Below are positions 1 to 12,700 of a stretch of 64,000 bases of DNA, in pieces (the stretch's first letter is position 1; every line of letters begins with the position of its first letter). The DNA comes from Octopus vulgaris (lineage: Eukaryota). The notes under the pieces are model-generated. The model did no database searches. It was not told the origin of the DNA and saw nothing but the letters and a program-made list of their open reading frames with translations. Position numbers and translations under genes: made by a program. The stretch lies in assembly GCA_951406725.2 (NCBI GenBank), contig OX597824.1, forward strand, positions 21,514,001-21,578,000, read 5' to 3'.

Positions 1-644
1 AATGTACCAACCTAAGCAATTTATACATCTAGTTGGCATAATCTTATTGCTTTGTATTTAATTTGGTCTATGCTAATGAATTATGCTAATGAAAACACAA
101 AAACTGGATTTAATAATTGACATTTACAGATGTTAATTAATATCAGTTACCAATTAACTTCTAATTACCAATTAAATCACAATTGTTCCATAAAGAATAT
201 TTCATATCCATATTCTTTAACTTTTGCAATGCAGTTCTCACTTTAATTCTGTTTAAAATAGGTTTCGTCTTTATGTAGAGCATTTGTTAATTTCAGCATT
301 TACATCGACTGGATTCATTATTTGTGTCATAATATTTATTAAAAATATTACAGGAAGTATTTTCTCTGACATGTCCATCTGCTGTGTACAACAAACTAGT
401 TAATATGTTTCATCAATTCTTAATTGTTATAATTTTTTTTTACAGTTATATTTATTCAAATTTAAATGATTTAAATTTAAGTGTATACTGTAGCTTCAAA
501 TGATTAATATCACAACTTGATTATTTAATTAGTACACAAAATTGATTATATATATATATATACACACATACATACATCCATACATTTATATATAAACATG
601 TATATATATCCATACATGTATGGATTTATATATATATATATATA

Positions 645-1155
645 AATATAAATTAGAAAAAAACACCTTTTATCAATTCAATAATGAAAAATTAAATTAT
701 ACCATTTAAAAAATTACATATTATAGAAAGATTAAATATAAGATAAAACATATAACGATGATTAAGTAATGGGCAAAATAATAAATAAAACGTATATATT
801 TGGTAGAATAACGACACGTGTTTCGTGGCTATATTTAAGAAATGATAATAGTAAAAATAATAGTAGCAGTAGTAAAATCACTTCAATATAAATACAGCCA
901 CTCTTCAGGTTAAAGATAACAACAATAATAAAATAATTAATTAGATAAATTAATAAATATATGTAAATAATCTTGTAAAATATATATATATAATCAGAAA
1001 ATGGAGAAAACTTTTGATCAGCAAACAAATTGGACCACATCTGTAGATTATCTTTTAATAAAGAAATGTTATGTCATGTTTTGTATTAAAAAATAATCAA
1101 CCAATGTGGTTCAATTTGTTTGTTGATCAAAAGTTTTCTCCGTTTTCTGATTATT
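645..1155 (-). mobile_element. Putative Penelope-like element (pLTR) remnant next to (TA)n, carrying the hammerhead and an adjacent inverted repeat
   Basis: It starts at the end of a TA tract, contains the hammerhead, and ends in an inverted repeat (991-1040/1104-1154). The family assignment is inferred from the ribozyme type. Confidence 0.55.
809..912 (-). ncRNA. Minimal type-I hammerhead ribozyme (Penelope-like-element/retrozyme type)
   Basis: The minus strand reads UAAC-CUGAAGA-GUGGCUGUAUUUA...UAAAUAUAGCCAC-GAAA-C-ACGU-GUC^-GUUA. That gives the complete catalytic core, a 13-bp stem II, stem I UAAC/GUUA, a short stem III with palindromic ACGU loop, and a GUC cleavage triplet. Confidence 0.85.
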
Positions 1156-3379
1156 TAAACTTGATTCCTGATAAACTTTTGTTTATTCTGTGGTTACCTG
1201 TACCCTGTGAGCATAGTGTGCCTACATACCCATGCCCAGGGATAGCACAGGTAAATGATACTGATAGTAAGGATGGATACTATAAGGACAGTTATTACAA
1301 CCACTAACTCTGCTTATCTTTTGTGTGTGTGTGTGTGTGTTTTAATTAGACAATGATAGATAGTTATTTTCCTATACATCAGCCATTTAAATAATTTGAT
1401 ATTAAAATTTAGTGTAAAGTAAATAAAGTTAATGGTTCTTCCAGCAGGTTTCCTGATGAGTATTTTAGGTGTTTGATCACACAACAGCGTATGCATCTTA
1501 TTTATGTACAGATGGTTGAGTATTCCACAGATAGCCGTACTCTTAATTTAATTCGCAAGCAGTTTCAGTGTGACACTGTGTTTGAGAAGGCTGGGCATTT
1601 GAATTATAAGATCATTTCATCTGCTAGATTTGTGTGCACAATTTCTGTTGGCTCCGTTTCACTCACAAGGTTTTGAACCAACCTAAGGCTATAGTAAAAG
1701 ACATTTACCTAAGATTCCACAGTGGGATTGAACCTGAGATTCATTATTGTGAAGCAAACTTCTTAACCACATGACCATACCTGCACCCACTTTTGTATAC
1801 ACACACACAGACACATGATATGTCATGTGACATACATTTCTATGGTGTCACATGTTTTTATGCTAACAGTTTTTGGCTCAGAAACGTTTTTCAAGAAGAA
1901 GGGTGTTCTACTTCCCTACTTCCAAAGAAGTGTGCTTTATCCCATGTGGAGGAATACACCCAGGTACTTTAACTATTAAAATAGCAGTATACAACACTGT
2001 CGCTGCTCGTTGGAGTAAAATTTACACCGTTTTTTGCTACTTTCTCAAAAGTAAAGTGGACTTTTGGCCACTGAAACAGTTGATGACAAGATACGAATTA
2101 CAAAATTCTCAATTGGTTTTCCAAAATCTGTTGACTCAAGTTATCTCAAACATCTCTATATAACATCAGTTGATATAAATGATATATCAGTTGATATATA
2201 TACATATATACGACAGGCTTCTTTCAGTTTCCGTCTACAAAATCCACTCACAAGGCTTTGGTCGGCCCGAGGTTATAGTAGAAGACACTTGCCCAAGGTG
2301 CCATGCAGTGGGAATGAACCCGGAACCATGTGGTTGATAAGCAAGCTACTTACCACACAGCCACTCCTATACTTTTCTTTTGAAACTTAGTATTCAGTCT
2401 ATTCTTTTTTTATAAGCACCAAGATAAAAGCTAAATTATAATTATTGCATGTATGTCATTTCCTCATATTACCCATGGTGACAAAACCTATACTTCCAAA
2501 ATTACCTGTTATTTGGCGGGTAACATGCTAGTATATACATAAGCATGAGTATGATTAAATTTATTCCAAACATGACAAGCAGTTAGTCTTTAGACTTAAA
2601 ATTCAAACAGAGATATTTATCATAATAAGCATTTTATAAGTTTTTAACATGATTCAAAGATTTGAAATGTTGTTAGTATTCTGTTTGAAAGCAAGTAAGT
2701 AGATATAATATCGCATGTAAATCTTACAAGCATTTAATATGAATCTTAAATACCACAGAAATTTCAGGAATAAATCTATTGATATGTGTTCAGTTTGTAA
2801 GATTTTTATGATGATCTAAGCAAAAATATAGTGAATTGTTCTTTGCTGTTGTATGGAGACAAAGCAGGAATGTATTGTCTGTTTTTGAGTTTTTTAAAAA
2901 TTTTTATTTTCATTAAATTTTAAATGAATTCTTTTAAAGAAATTGGAAAGTAGTGTAGTGTGTTGATATGTATATTGTAATAATTACTCATCAAAATTGA
3001 CCATGTTAGACATCTTTTGGTTTTAATTCTTCACTCTTCTGGGATCTACTAGTGGTGGCAATGGTACATTCCTTAGAAACATTCTTTCAAACTGTTTAAG
3101 GTGCATAAACTTAAGACAAAATCTAATGCCATACATTAACTTTCTAATCATTGGACCCCCATCAAATGCTCTCTGGAAACTTAACTTTGAAAGATATATT
3201 TTTAGCTTTTCTTGTTTCAAGCTGGAACATTTTATTATTTGCAGTGAAGGTAACTGATATATATATATATATATATATACGAGTTGTTTTGTTCCAACAC
3301 CTTTTTCACAGTAACTGCTGACTGGTTGTGCTAATCCACCTCCGACAATAGAGAGCAGTTGCCATATTCCCTTCCATAT

Positions 3380-3473
3380 CAGCTAACTCTGATGACTGTA
3401 AAGTTACATAATTGGTTTGTTACCTAACACTCCATTGTATTATTTATGCGAAACTGATTGGTAAGACCAGCTG
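3380..3473 (+). ncRNA. Degenerate hammerhead ribozyme relic
   Basis: CAGCUAACU-CUGAUGA-cuguaaa...uuuaugc-GAAA-C-UGAUUG-GUA^-AGACCAGCUG. The core is intact, but the first stem II pair is a C-C mismatch and stem I is interrupted. Confidence 0.5.
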
Positions 3474-3871
3474 TGATGGATATTTAATACTATACATTTT
3501 GGATAATATATATGTATATATACAGAGATATGTTCAAAGACAAACATGTATGTGCATAAATAGTTATTGTGTGTATATGTGTGTATATACTGACGTTAAT
3601 GTTAGGGTTGTGAAGATATAAAGTCAGATTTATTATACATATCAGGTTGACTGAGATAGAGGTTTTGAGAATGGAATAAACAGAGCAAGAGCACACACAA
3701 AGACGGAAAGTGTCACTGAGGAGGTCACAGACGTGTGATAAAAGATTTCCGGACAATGGCCACGAGTCAGAATAAGAACAGTAATAAACGAGTGAAGAAT
3801 GAACATATAGTGTGTGTGTTTATTTGACAAAAAAAAAACGAGAAAAAAATGACCATCCCAAAATACAATAT

Positions 3872-3905
<34 letters not shown>

Positions 3906-5639
3906 CATTGTTTGGGTTTTAATTAAGGAATAAATTACAAAAAGCTTGGAGAGACAAAAAAAAATATAGTTTCCTTTTTTTTTTGTTTTTGTAAATTCAA
4001 ATGTTATTTAAATTAATTTTCTCCAATTAGAATTTGGAAACTTAAAAAAAAACAGCACAAACTTCAAAAAACAAAGTTGGTATTCTAATAATCTCTATGC
4101 TGAGAAACTGTTTATTATATTTCTGTGTGTACAACATTACCAGTGAATTAAAATGACACAGGATAATCGTTAAAAAATAATCAGTTTTAAATACCTTGAT
4201 AGCCGGCATTATTTTTTAATAATATAAAACATCATATATATATGTATCATCGTTGCATTCCTTATCCTTGTTAGTTGTTATTTTAGATGAATTTAGCATG
4301 GATTAAAATAATCTCTTTGTAATGTTCACATGTTTTGTTTTTTTTCTTTCCTTTTTTTTTACTTTTTTTGCTCATGAATTTCAAATCTGAAATCCAGATA
4401 TTGTTAGGACTTTTTGTTTTGCTTTAGTTAAAACTTCCATGATTTAAAACCCATCTCGTTACACACAGACATATTAGTTTTCATTATTATTACATATCAA
4501 AGGCGGCGAGCCGGCATGCCAGACGAAACGCTTACCGGTATTTCGTCTGCTGTTATGTTCTGAGTTCAAATTCCGCCAAGGTCGACTTTGCCTTTCATCC
4601 TTTTGGGGTTGATAAATTAAGTAGCAGTTACACACTGGGGTCAATGTAATCGACTTAATCCATCTGTCTGTTCTTGTTTGTCCTCTCTGTGTTTAGCCCC
4701 TTGTGGGTAGTAAAGAAATAGGTATTTCGTCTGCCCCTACGTTATGAGTTCAAATTCCAGTGAGGTCGACTTTGCCTTTCATCCCTTCGGGGTCGATAAA
4801 TTAAGTACCAGTGAAATACTGGGGTCAATGTAATCGACTAGTCCCCTCCTTACAAATTCCAGGCCTTGTGCCTTTAGTAGACAGGATTATTATTACACAT
4901 CTAATGTGTTGGTTTGGCAGAATCGTTAGATGCCTTGCAGTATTTGTTCCAGCTCTTAGTGTTATGAGTTCAAATTCCACCAAGGTCAACTTTGTCTTTC
5001 ATTCTTTTGGAGCTGATAAAATAAAGTACTTCCATTCAAGTACTAACCACTTCGAGGTCCAATCCTTGTTGTGGTTTTGTGAGTTGTGTGCTTCATTGAC
5101 CCTGAGAGCTATGCCAACAGCATACAGACCTCTGATAGGGCCTCCCATGTTTGACTGGTCAAGGGATAGCGGCCAGACTAACATGGACCACCTCTTCCCA
5201 AGTGTAAAAATGAGTTTGCATAGGGCGAACACACCTGCCTAAGAAAAAGTAGTCATACAAGCATTGGTGACCCTTCAAACCCAACAAAACCTGATGCAGG
5301 AAGGCCTTCCCTCAGGGTAACATGTGATGCAGTGTAGAAAGATCTGAAAGGCAGGGCTGAAAAAAAGCCAGGGTCCAACTGGAGAGAGGCAGATAAGACA
5401 GTTCAGAGTCAAAAACAGTGGAGAAAAGTTGTTGATGGCCCAAGTTTCATAGGAAGTGAAAGACTTAACATACATTCTAGTATTGGTGTCAAGGGTTTCA
5501 TCTAGTCCCATCCAACTAAAATTGCAGGCCTTGTGCCTATGCTAGAATCAGTTATCATTACATATCAATATCATATCCCTATTTTGAAATTATTAATCTC
5601 TGTGTTTTTGTTTTTTAAATTCTAATATAAAAAGGAGTA

Positions 5640-5980
5640 AAGGAGTAAAGATCCCCTTCAGTCACGAATGGCTATGGGATTGCACCTAGAAAGTTCCCCT
5701 TTTAGGCACAATTCCAGGCAAAGTTGTTTGTGGAAGACCAGCAGTTGCCCATGCAAACCAATCTCCCTTCTCCATGCCACTGATGTTATCCAAGGGAAAG
5801 GCAAAGGGGCCGATACAGCTTGGCACCTGTGGCATCGCAACCCATTTCTACAGCTGAGTGAACTGGAGCAACGTGAAATAAAGTGTCTTGCTCAAGAACA
5901 CAACACACAGCCTGGTCCGGGATTCAAACTCACAACTTCATGTTCGTAAGCTCTAACCACTGAGCCACGAGCCTTCACTA
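5640..5980 (-). mobile_element. tRNA-derived SINE with CORE-like middle
   Basis: The minus strand has A/B-box-like gtggctcagtggttagagc...gtttgaatccc, then tcttgagcaagacactt, and a short (CTTTA)-type tail. Confidence 0.7.
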
Positions 5981-6505
5981 TTCTAATATATGGACCTTTT
6001 AATTCTCCCTTAACCTGCTATACCTTCATCAAACCCCACACATCATCGCCCTTTTATAATAGCATTTTTAAATCATGTAAAACACAATTTGAATATCCCA
6101 CATATAACAAAACAGCTTAAAAGTATTTTGCTGTCATTAGTTTCACTTCCAGCATTGGTTGATATTTGTTTAAAGCTTGTACAAAAATGGGATGATGTTT
6201 GAGAAACAACTAAGGTTTTGTTCTAGCAACCAGTTAAAGAATATTAGCACTGTTATTTTACGGTCATGAAATTCTGTAACATATTCTACCCCTACTAATT
6301 CTATAACAATTTATCTAAACTTATTTTTGTTTTAAATCCAAGCCACTTTGTAGGGATTGGCCAGTTTGATTTGCATAAGAAACTAAAAAAAAGTCTGCTG
6401 TTTCAGATACAGGTTCTTCAATAGAGTGGTCAAGTAATAACTGGTAGAAGTGAGTTCGTATTTGACCGGTCTTGTGAAGGACTCGTGTCCAAAGTAGCAA
6501 GCTTT

Positions 6506-7091
6506 TAATCCTTTTGATACCAGCCCACCTGAAACTACCTCTGGCTCTGTGATTTAAACTCCTTGTTTTAAAATGATTACGGTTAAAAACCTTCCATTAG
6601 GATTCCATATTTTATGTTCCAAACTAGCGTAACTCTTTTGGTACCAACCCGGCTGAAATCACCTCCGGCTCTGTAGTACAAATATCTTGTTCTGAAAAGT
6701 TCTGAATTAAAATCCTCCACCAAGCCTTAGTCACAATTTATGTTCCTAACACCAGCTTAATGATAACTAAGTTATTTTACTAAATTCTTTGTTATATTTA
6801 AAATTGAAAGAAACACAGAGCATTTCAACAGAAATATGGTAACAAAAGGGTTAAAATATATAACAAAGAAGCAATTCTTAACCCTTTTGATACCAACCCA
6901 CCTGAAATCACCTCTGGCTCTGTAGTACAAACGTCTTGTTCTCAAAAGTTCTGAATTAAAATCTTAGTCACAGTTTATGTTCCTAACACTAGATTAATGA
7001 TAACTAAGTTATTTTACTAAATTCTTTGTAATATTTAAAATTAATTGAAAGAAACACAGAGCATCTCAACAGAAATACAGTAACAAAAGGG
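6506..7091. mobile_element. Cluster of about 210-bp TTAA-flanked MITEs (piggyBac-like non-autonomous): 6633-6850, 6882-7091 and a partial 6506-6625
   Basis: Termini ttaa|CCCTTTTG...CAAAAGGG|ttaa. Related copies occur near 42385-42620 and 47760-47950. Confidence 0.7.
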
Positions 7092-7640
7092 TTTAAAATG
7101 ACAAAATTATTTTCATAAATTCTTTATCATTTTCTATATTAATTGAAACAGTGACTGCATATCAACAACAAAATGATAACAAAATGGCTAAATTCCTCAC
7201 GGCTTTTTAAAACTAACCACTTACAGCCACCAAACTTATTAGTGTCTGCAAACTATCTTGGATTTTATTATGATTATTGCCAACAAAGATCCTTACCAGA
7301 TTCCTCAGCTTTCAGATTTTTATATTTCATGTAGTAAGAATATCAAATTTTTTTTTTTGTTTTCTAGGAAACATTGGGTCATTTAATATCTTACTTGACT
7401 TAATCATGTTTATTCCTAGCCTTTTCCATTTTAAAATGTTTCTATATTTTATACGTCTATTATAAGATTCAGAAGATTTAAATATAAATTACTTTTCTCT
7501 GGTTTTCTACACCTTTTCTAGTTGTTGTGTTTGTATTTAAATGATAGTGTTTGCATTCTTCCTTTTGCATTTCTCTCTTTCTTTCTTTCCCTCTCTCTCT
7601 CTCTGTTTCCATCTTTTACACAGATCCATTTATAATTACA

Positions 7641-7691
<51 letters not shown>

Positions 7692-8056
7692 TTTCTCTCC
7701 CCTCTTGTTTGTTTTCCCTTATTCATTTTGTCTTTCTAATTTTCACTAGATCATACAGCTAAATTAGGGAAAAGCGTTTATATATATGTATACACACACA
7801 TATATATACTTATATATGTATACACACACATATATATACTTATATATGTATCATCATCAACATCATCATCATCGTCATTTAACACCCATTGTCCATGCTG
7901 GCATGGGTTGGACAGTTTGACCAGAGCTGCACCAGATTCCAATCTGATTTGGCATGGTTTCCATGACTGGATGCCCTTCCTAATGTCCACCACTTTACAG
8001 AGTGTGTGGGGGTGTTTTTACATGACGCCAGGTGGGCTCTTTTATATGTTTCCACA

Positions 8057-8087
<31 letters not shown>

Positions 8088-8762
8088 ACTAATAAAAAAA
8101 AACAAAGAAAAAAAGACAAGAAAAAATCAACAACAACGTGAGGATGTGGTACATGCAAATTATTATAAGATGCTCAGAGAATAAAAGAACCAAGCTATGC
8201 ACTGAGTTCTGAAACGCTGATCCAGTCCACTCAGCTGGCAAAAGTGAGTCATCCTGCGACAGACCAGTGTCCTGTACAAAGAAGAAAATGTAAAGATCAC
8301 AGAACCTCTGAATCTGGCCTTAAGAGTCTAAGGCTTGAGAAGGACTTTTGATATATACATGTGTGTGTGTGTGTTGTGATATATATTTTTTACTCTTGGA
8401 ATTTATAGAGATGATGATGATGATGACAATAATAATAATCCTTTCTGATAAACGCAGAGGGTCTGAAATCTTGGGGGAGGGGACTAGTTGATTAAATCGA
8501 CCTTAGTGTTTCACTGGTACTTCATTTTTCCACCTTAAAAGGATGAAAGGCAAAGTCGGCCTCAGCTGAATTTGAACTCAGAACATGAAGAAGGGTGAAA
8601 TACGTATAAGCATTTTGCCCAGTGTGCTAAAAATTCTGTCACATATGTTTGTGATGCATGTACCTAGTGTACCTTTATCAGACGGGTAGTCATGATGGGT
8701 ATACTGGGCTTTGTATATTTTACCCCAGAGTCACTTTGATGGCATGCACTGCTCTCTTATTC

Positions 8763-8799
<37 letters not shown>

Positions 8800-9034
8800 T
8801 AATGGGGATCCTTTTGAACATTAGCTTATAGTTTACTTTGATCAGCTTGTAAACGATGTACACTTATGACTGAAACCTATAAAGAAAAATGATGTGAGTT
8901 TATTTGAAATACCATGTCAAAAATTTATATTTTATGTAACTTGTAAAAAAAAAACCAAAAGTTGTATCTATCGAAGCATAGAATATTGATTATATAAGAA
9001 TTTTTAACTAAATGTTGTTGGAAAAGTGTTCAAT

Positions 9035-9200
9035 AGGCGTAGGAGTGGCTGTGTGGTAAGTAGCTTGCTTACGAACCACATGGTTCTGGGTTCAGTCCCA
9101 CTGCGTGGCATCTTGGGCAAGTGTCTTCTACTATAGCCTCGGGCCGACCAAAGCCTTGTGAGTGGATTTGGTAGACGGAAACTGAAAGAAGCCCGTTGTA

Positions 9201-9259
<59 letters not shown>

Positions 9260-9470
9260 TTGTGTGTCTGTGTTTGTCCCCCCAACATCGCTTGACAACC
9301 GATGCTGGTGTGTTTACGTCCCCGTAACTTAGCGGTTTGGCAAAAAAGGGACCGATAAAATAAGTACTAGGTTTACAAAGAATAAGTCCTGGGGGTCGAA
9401 TTGATCGACTAAAGGCGGTGCTCCAGCATGGCCACAGTCACATGACTGAAACAAGTAAAAGAGTAAAAGA
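9035..9470 (+). mobile_element. SINE family A (tRNA-like head, internal (TA)n(TG)n, gagtaaaa tail), full-length copy
   Basis: Head ggagtggctgtgtggtaag...ggttcagtccc. Near-identical copies lie at 2210-2370(-), 18553-18920(+), 19855-20250(+), 23798-23962(+), 28635-29135(+), 29575-30008(-), 30350-30774(-), 45577-46150(+) and 47273-47547(-). It resembles known octopus tRNA-SINEs. Confidence 0.85.
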
Positions 9471-10194
9471 GAGAGAGAGAGAGAGAGAGAGTAACAAAGA
9501 AATTTACTTTGATTATTTAAAAATAGTAGCAGTGTCTTTAGTAATGAAAGTAGTTTGTTGTGTGGTTTTAGTAAAGAAAGTTTAGTTGTAGAACAGGCTC
9601 AAAACTAAGATTGTAGTTGTAGATATGCTCAACATGTAAGGAGCTAATTGTTGTCAGTAGCTGTTGAGTATATTCAGGTGCTCAGCAATAACTCAGTTAT
9701 AATTTCAATCTACTTTTGACATCAAAGCTGGTAACCAGAGGAGAGCTAATTGAGAAATATAAGTCTAAAATCTGAGAGTGAAAAAAAAAAAAAAAGAAAT
9801 TTAATTGCATGTTTGTTAGTTGGCAGTTATTAACTACTAATTGCTAATGTACCCTAAAAGTAACGCTAATTTATCCTTCATTAGATGCAATTATAATTTT
9901 ACTTTTCACTGAATATTTACCATTTGTAAATGATAATCTTTTCACTTCTAATGTTGTCAATTAGCATTTTAAAATGACATGTTAAATTTTTATTTTTTTT
10001 TTATTTTCAATTTTCCACTTGACGAACATTATTATAATTAATATCATGTTGGAAGGAAGTCTGTGGATTATTAAATAAATCTTCATACTGTGTCAATTCT
10101 AAGCAGACATTTCTTACGATACAAAGGGATGTAATTATAAATGTCATTTATTAATATGAAATGAAAGTAAAAATGGTTTCTGTTATATTTTCAG

Positions 10195-10246
10195 AGATGT
10201 TCAAGGTCAAATAGAATTAGAGTTGCCAGTGGCCCAAGTAGTCCAG
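10195..10246 (+). CDS. BRSK2: BRSK/SAD kinase exon: linker after the kinase domain (DVQGQIELELPVAQVVQ)
   Basis: Boundaries tttcag|...CAG|gtaag. The 52-nt exon ends in phase 0 and joins 14812 in frame. The ELELP..VVQ motif resembles invertebrate SAD kinases. The symbol marks family membership (BRSK1/2-like). Confidence 0.88.
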
Positions 10247-10302
10247 GTAAGATGTCTTTCCAACCAATTTGTTTATTCCAAAGTTATGTATTTGTTTGTG
10301 AA

Positions 10303-11078
10303 CTACAGTGCAGGTGGCAAGTAAAGAAACACTGTTTCGACCCCGTGCTTGAGGAGACCTATTGAGTCAAGTATATCAACATCAAAAATCAATAGAAATT
10401 GTAGTTGTGATCCCTGTACCGGTGGCACGTAAAAAGCACCGTCCGAATGTGGCCGATGCCAGTGCCGCCTTGACTGGCTTCCGTACCGGTGGCACATGAC
10501 CTGCTGTGCTTGAGGAGACCTATTGAGTCGAGTATATCAACATCAAAAATCAATAGAAATTGTAGTTGTGATCCCTGTACCGGTGGCACGTAAAAAGCAC
10601 CATCCGAACGTGGCCAATGCCAGTGCCGCCTTGACTGGCTTCCGTACCGGTGGCACATGACCTGCTGTGCTTGAGGAGACCTATTGAGTCGAGTATATCA
10701 ACATCAAAAATCAATAGAAATTGTAGTTGTGATCCCTGTACCGGTGGCACGTAAAAAGCACCATCCGAACGTGGCCGATGCCAGTGCCGCCTTGACTGGC
10801 TTCCGTGCCGGTGGCACGTAAAAAGCACCAACTGATCATGACCGCTGCCAGCCTCCCCTGGCACCTGTGCCGGTGGCATGTAAAAAGCACCCACTACAAT
10901 CACGGAATGGCTGGCGTTAGGAAGGGCATCCAGCTGTAGAAACACTGCCAGATCAGACTGGAGCCTGGTGCAGCCTCCTGGCTTCCCAGACCCTGGTCGA
11001 ACCATCCAACCCATGTTAGCATGGAAAACGGATGTTAAACGATGATGATGATGATGATGATGATGATAATGATGATGA
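10303..11078 (+). mobile_element. Repeat family D with (GAT)n tail; its 5' part is a 161-bp tandem triplication
   Basis: The unit tgtgcttgaggagacctattgagtc... repeats with 161-bp period. The 3' end gttaggaagggcatccagctgtagaaac...gttaaacgatgatgat is shared with 16610-17128, 23160-23380, 7850-8030(-) and 37720-37900(-). Confidence 0.75.
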
Positions 11079-11129
11079 AGTGAATCTAACGGTTTTTGCG
11101 TGTTTCTTAAATGGCTTATAAACACCTTC

Positions 11130-12700
11130 CACGCTGCAATTGTTCAAATAATAGTGTTAAAGAATTAAAAGAAACAAATTTATCTCACAACTCAGTATCT
11201 GTCTACATCGTAGAACCTTTGTATGTCATTGTATGCTTGAAGACTAAGAAGACAGACTTAAATTTCAATGCTTCATCATTGGTTAGTGATTGAAAAAGAA
11301 ACAATATTTACTTAAGCAAATTGAGAATGCTGATCAAACACCAGTTTATTTTGAAATGTCACCAGCCAATGCTTAAATTCTATCTGTTTATACAGATGGC
11401 AATGAAAAACAGCATTGAAAGAGCAATGCTTGTTTATAATTGCTCACCATGGTAAACTGTCTGCTTATGTTATATTGAGACATAAGACATCTCTAAAGAG
11501 ATAAAAGATGCAGACAATATGCAAATTAAAAAGACTGGATTTTGCATAAATAATATGGCTGAACTATGAATTCATTTAGTTTGGTATTATGGTGCTGGTG
11601 CTTTGAAAAAACTAAAATCATTGGTTATATTGAATCTTTTCATGCTTGAAGGTGGCGAGCTGGCAGAAACGTTAGCGCGCTGGGCGAAATGCTTAGCGGT
11701 ATTTCGTCAGTCGCTACGTTCTGAGTTCAAATTCTGCCGAGGTCGACGTTGCCTTTCATCCTTTCAGGGTCGATAAATTAAGTACCAGTTATGCACTGTG
11801 ATCGATGTAACCGACTTAATCCGTTTATCTGTCCTTGTTTGTCCCCTCTGTGTTTAGCTCCTTGTGGGTAGTAAAGAAATATATATTGAATCTTTTCATG
11901 CCCACCCCAAATCACCATCTTCCTTCTTATGTCTACTTTTCCATGCTGGCATGGGTCAGACAGAATTTGTTTAGGCAAACTTTTTATGACGAGATGCTCT
12001 TCCTGTTGCTAAGTCTCACCTGTTTCCAACTATGCTAGTATTTCCCCAAGGCCGGACATATTTTCATGGAAGACTGGAAACAAGGGACCCCTTGTATGAC
12101 AGCAACACTTGTTTATAACTATCGAAACAAAGACACACACACACAGGAAGTGGCTGAGATCATCTTGTCATCTTGTCTTTGGTTGTCTTTTGATCTTGGC
12201 GTCCATTCTGTCACCCTGATTGCCCATGTGTTGTCCTTCAGTTGTGCAAGGTGGAGATTGTACAGATAAAGCAAGAAAATGGTGCCCTGCAGCACAATAA
12301 TGTAGTATTCATCCCTAGTTTGTCAACTACAATTTTACTTATGGTCATTAAGCGTCTGCTTTAATAAACACTTTGAACAAAGCCTGGAAGTGTTGTGTTC
12401 TCAAAGACACGGTTAATCATGACAACGACTTAACTACTTCAGACAAAACTAAAAAGCTTTGACTGCAACAAGTTGTTTTGGTGACGCTATTGATTCTCGT
12501 ACAATAGCTTGAACTTTTAAAACGATATAAAAACAGAAAACAAAAAATTTTTATCGCAAATGCACTTAATGGATTGGAAGACAATGTTCGTATGGCTAGA
12601 AGAAATTGATGATAATGAAACAAATGTAAGTGAACAATTGGTGGAAAACGATATTGAATCGGAGTCTGATATCAATGGATAATGCAACGATATTGATTAA
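11130..12700 (+). mobile_element. Degraded pogo/Tigger-like DNA transposon, interrupted by SINEs
   Basis: Fragmentary peptides QIENADQTPVYFEMS (about 11317), TDGNEKQ, HGKLSAYVILRHK and IANALNGLEDN (about 12553) resemble pogo DDD transposase motifs. There are many stops and frameshifts. Confidence 0.6.

Noticed and set aside
1460-1540. CTGATGAG hammerhead-like half core
   Set aside because: No matching stem II plus GAAA downstream.
7368-7400. Strong acceptor followed by KHWVI-like codons, a possible last kinase-domain exon
   Set aside because: There is no suitable donor or phase fit, and the peptide does not match the expected L..I..HPW motif.
10550-11125. 191-aa minus-strand ORF
   Set aside because: It is the antisense reading of the (GAT)n-tailed repeat and its 161-bp tandem units.
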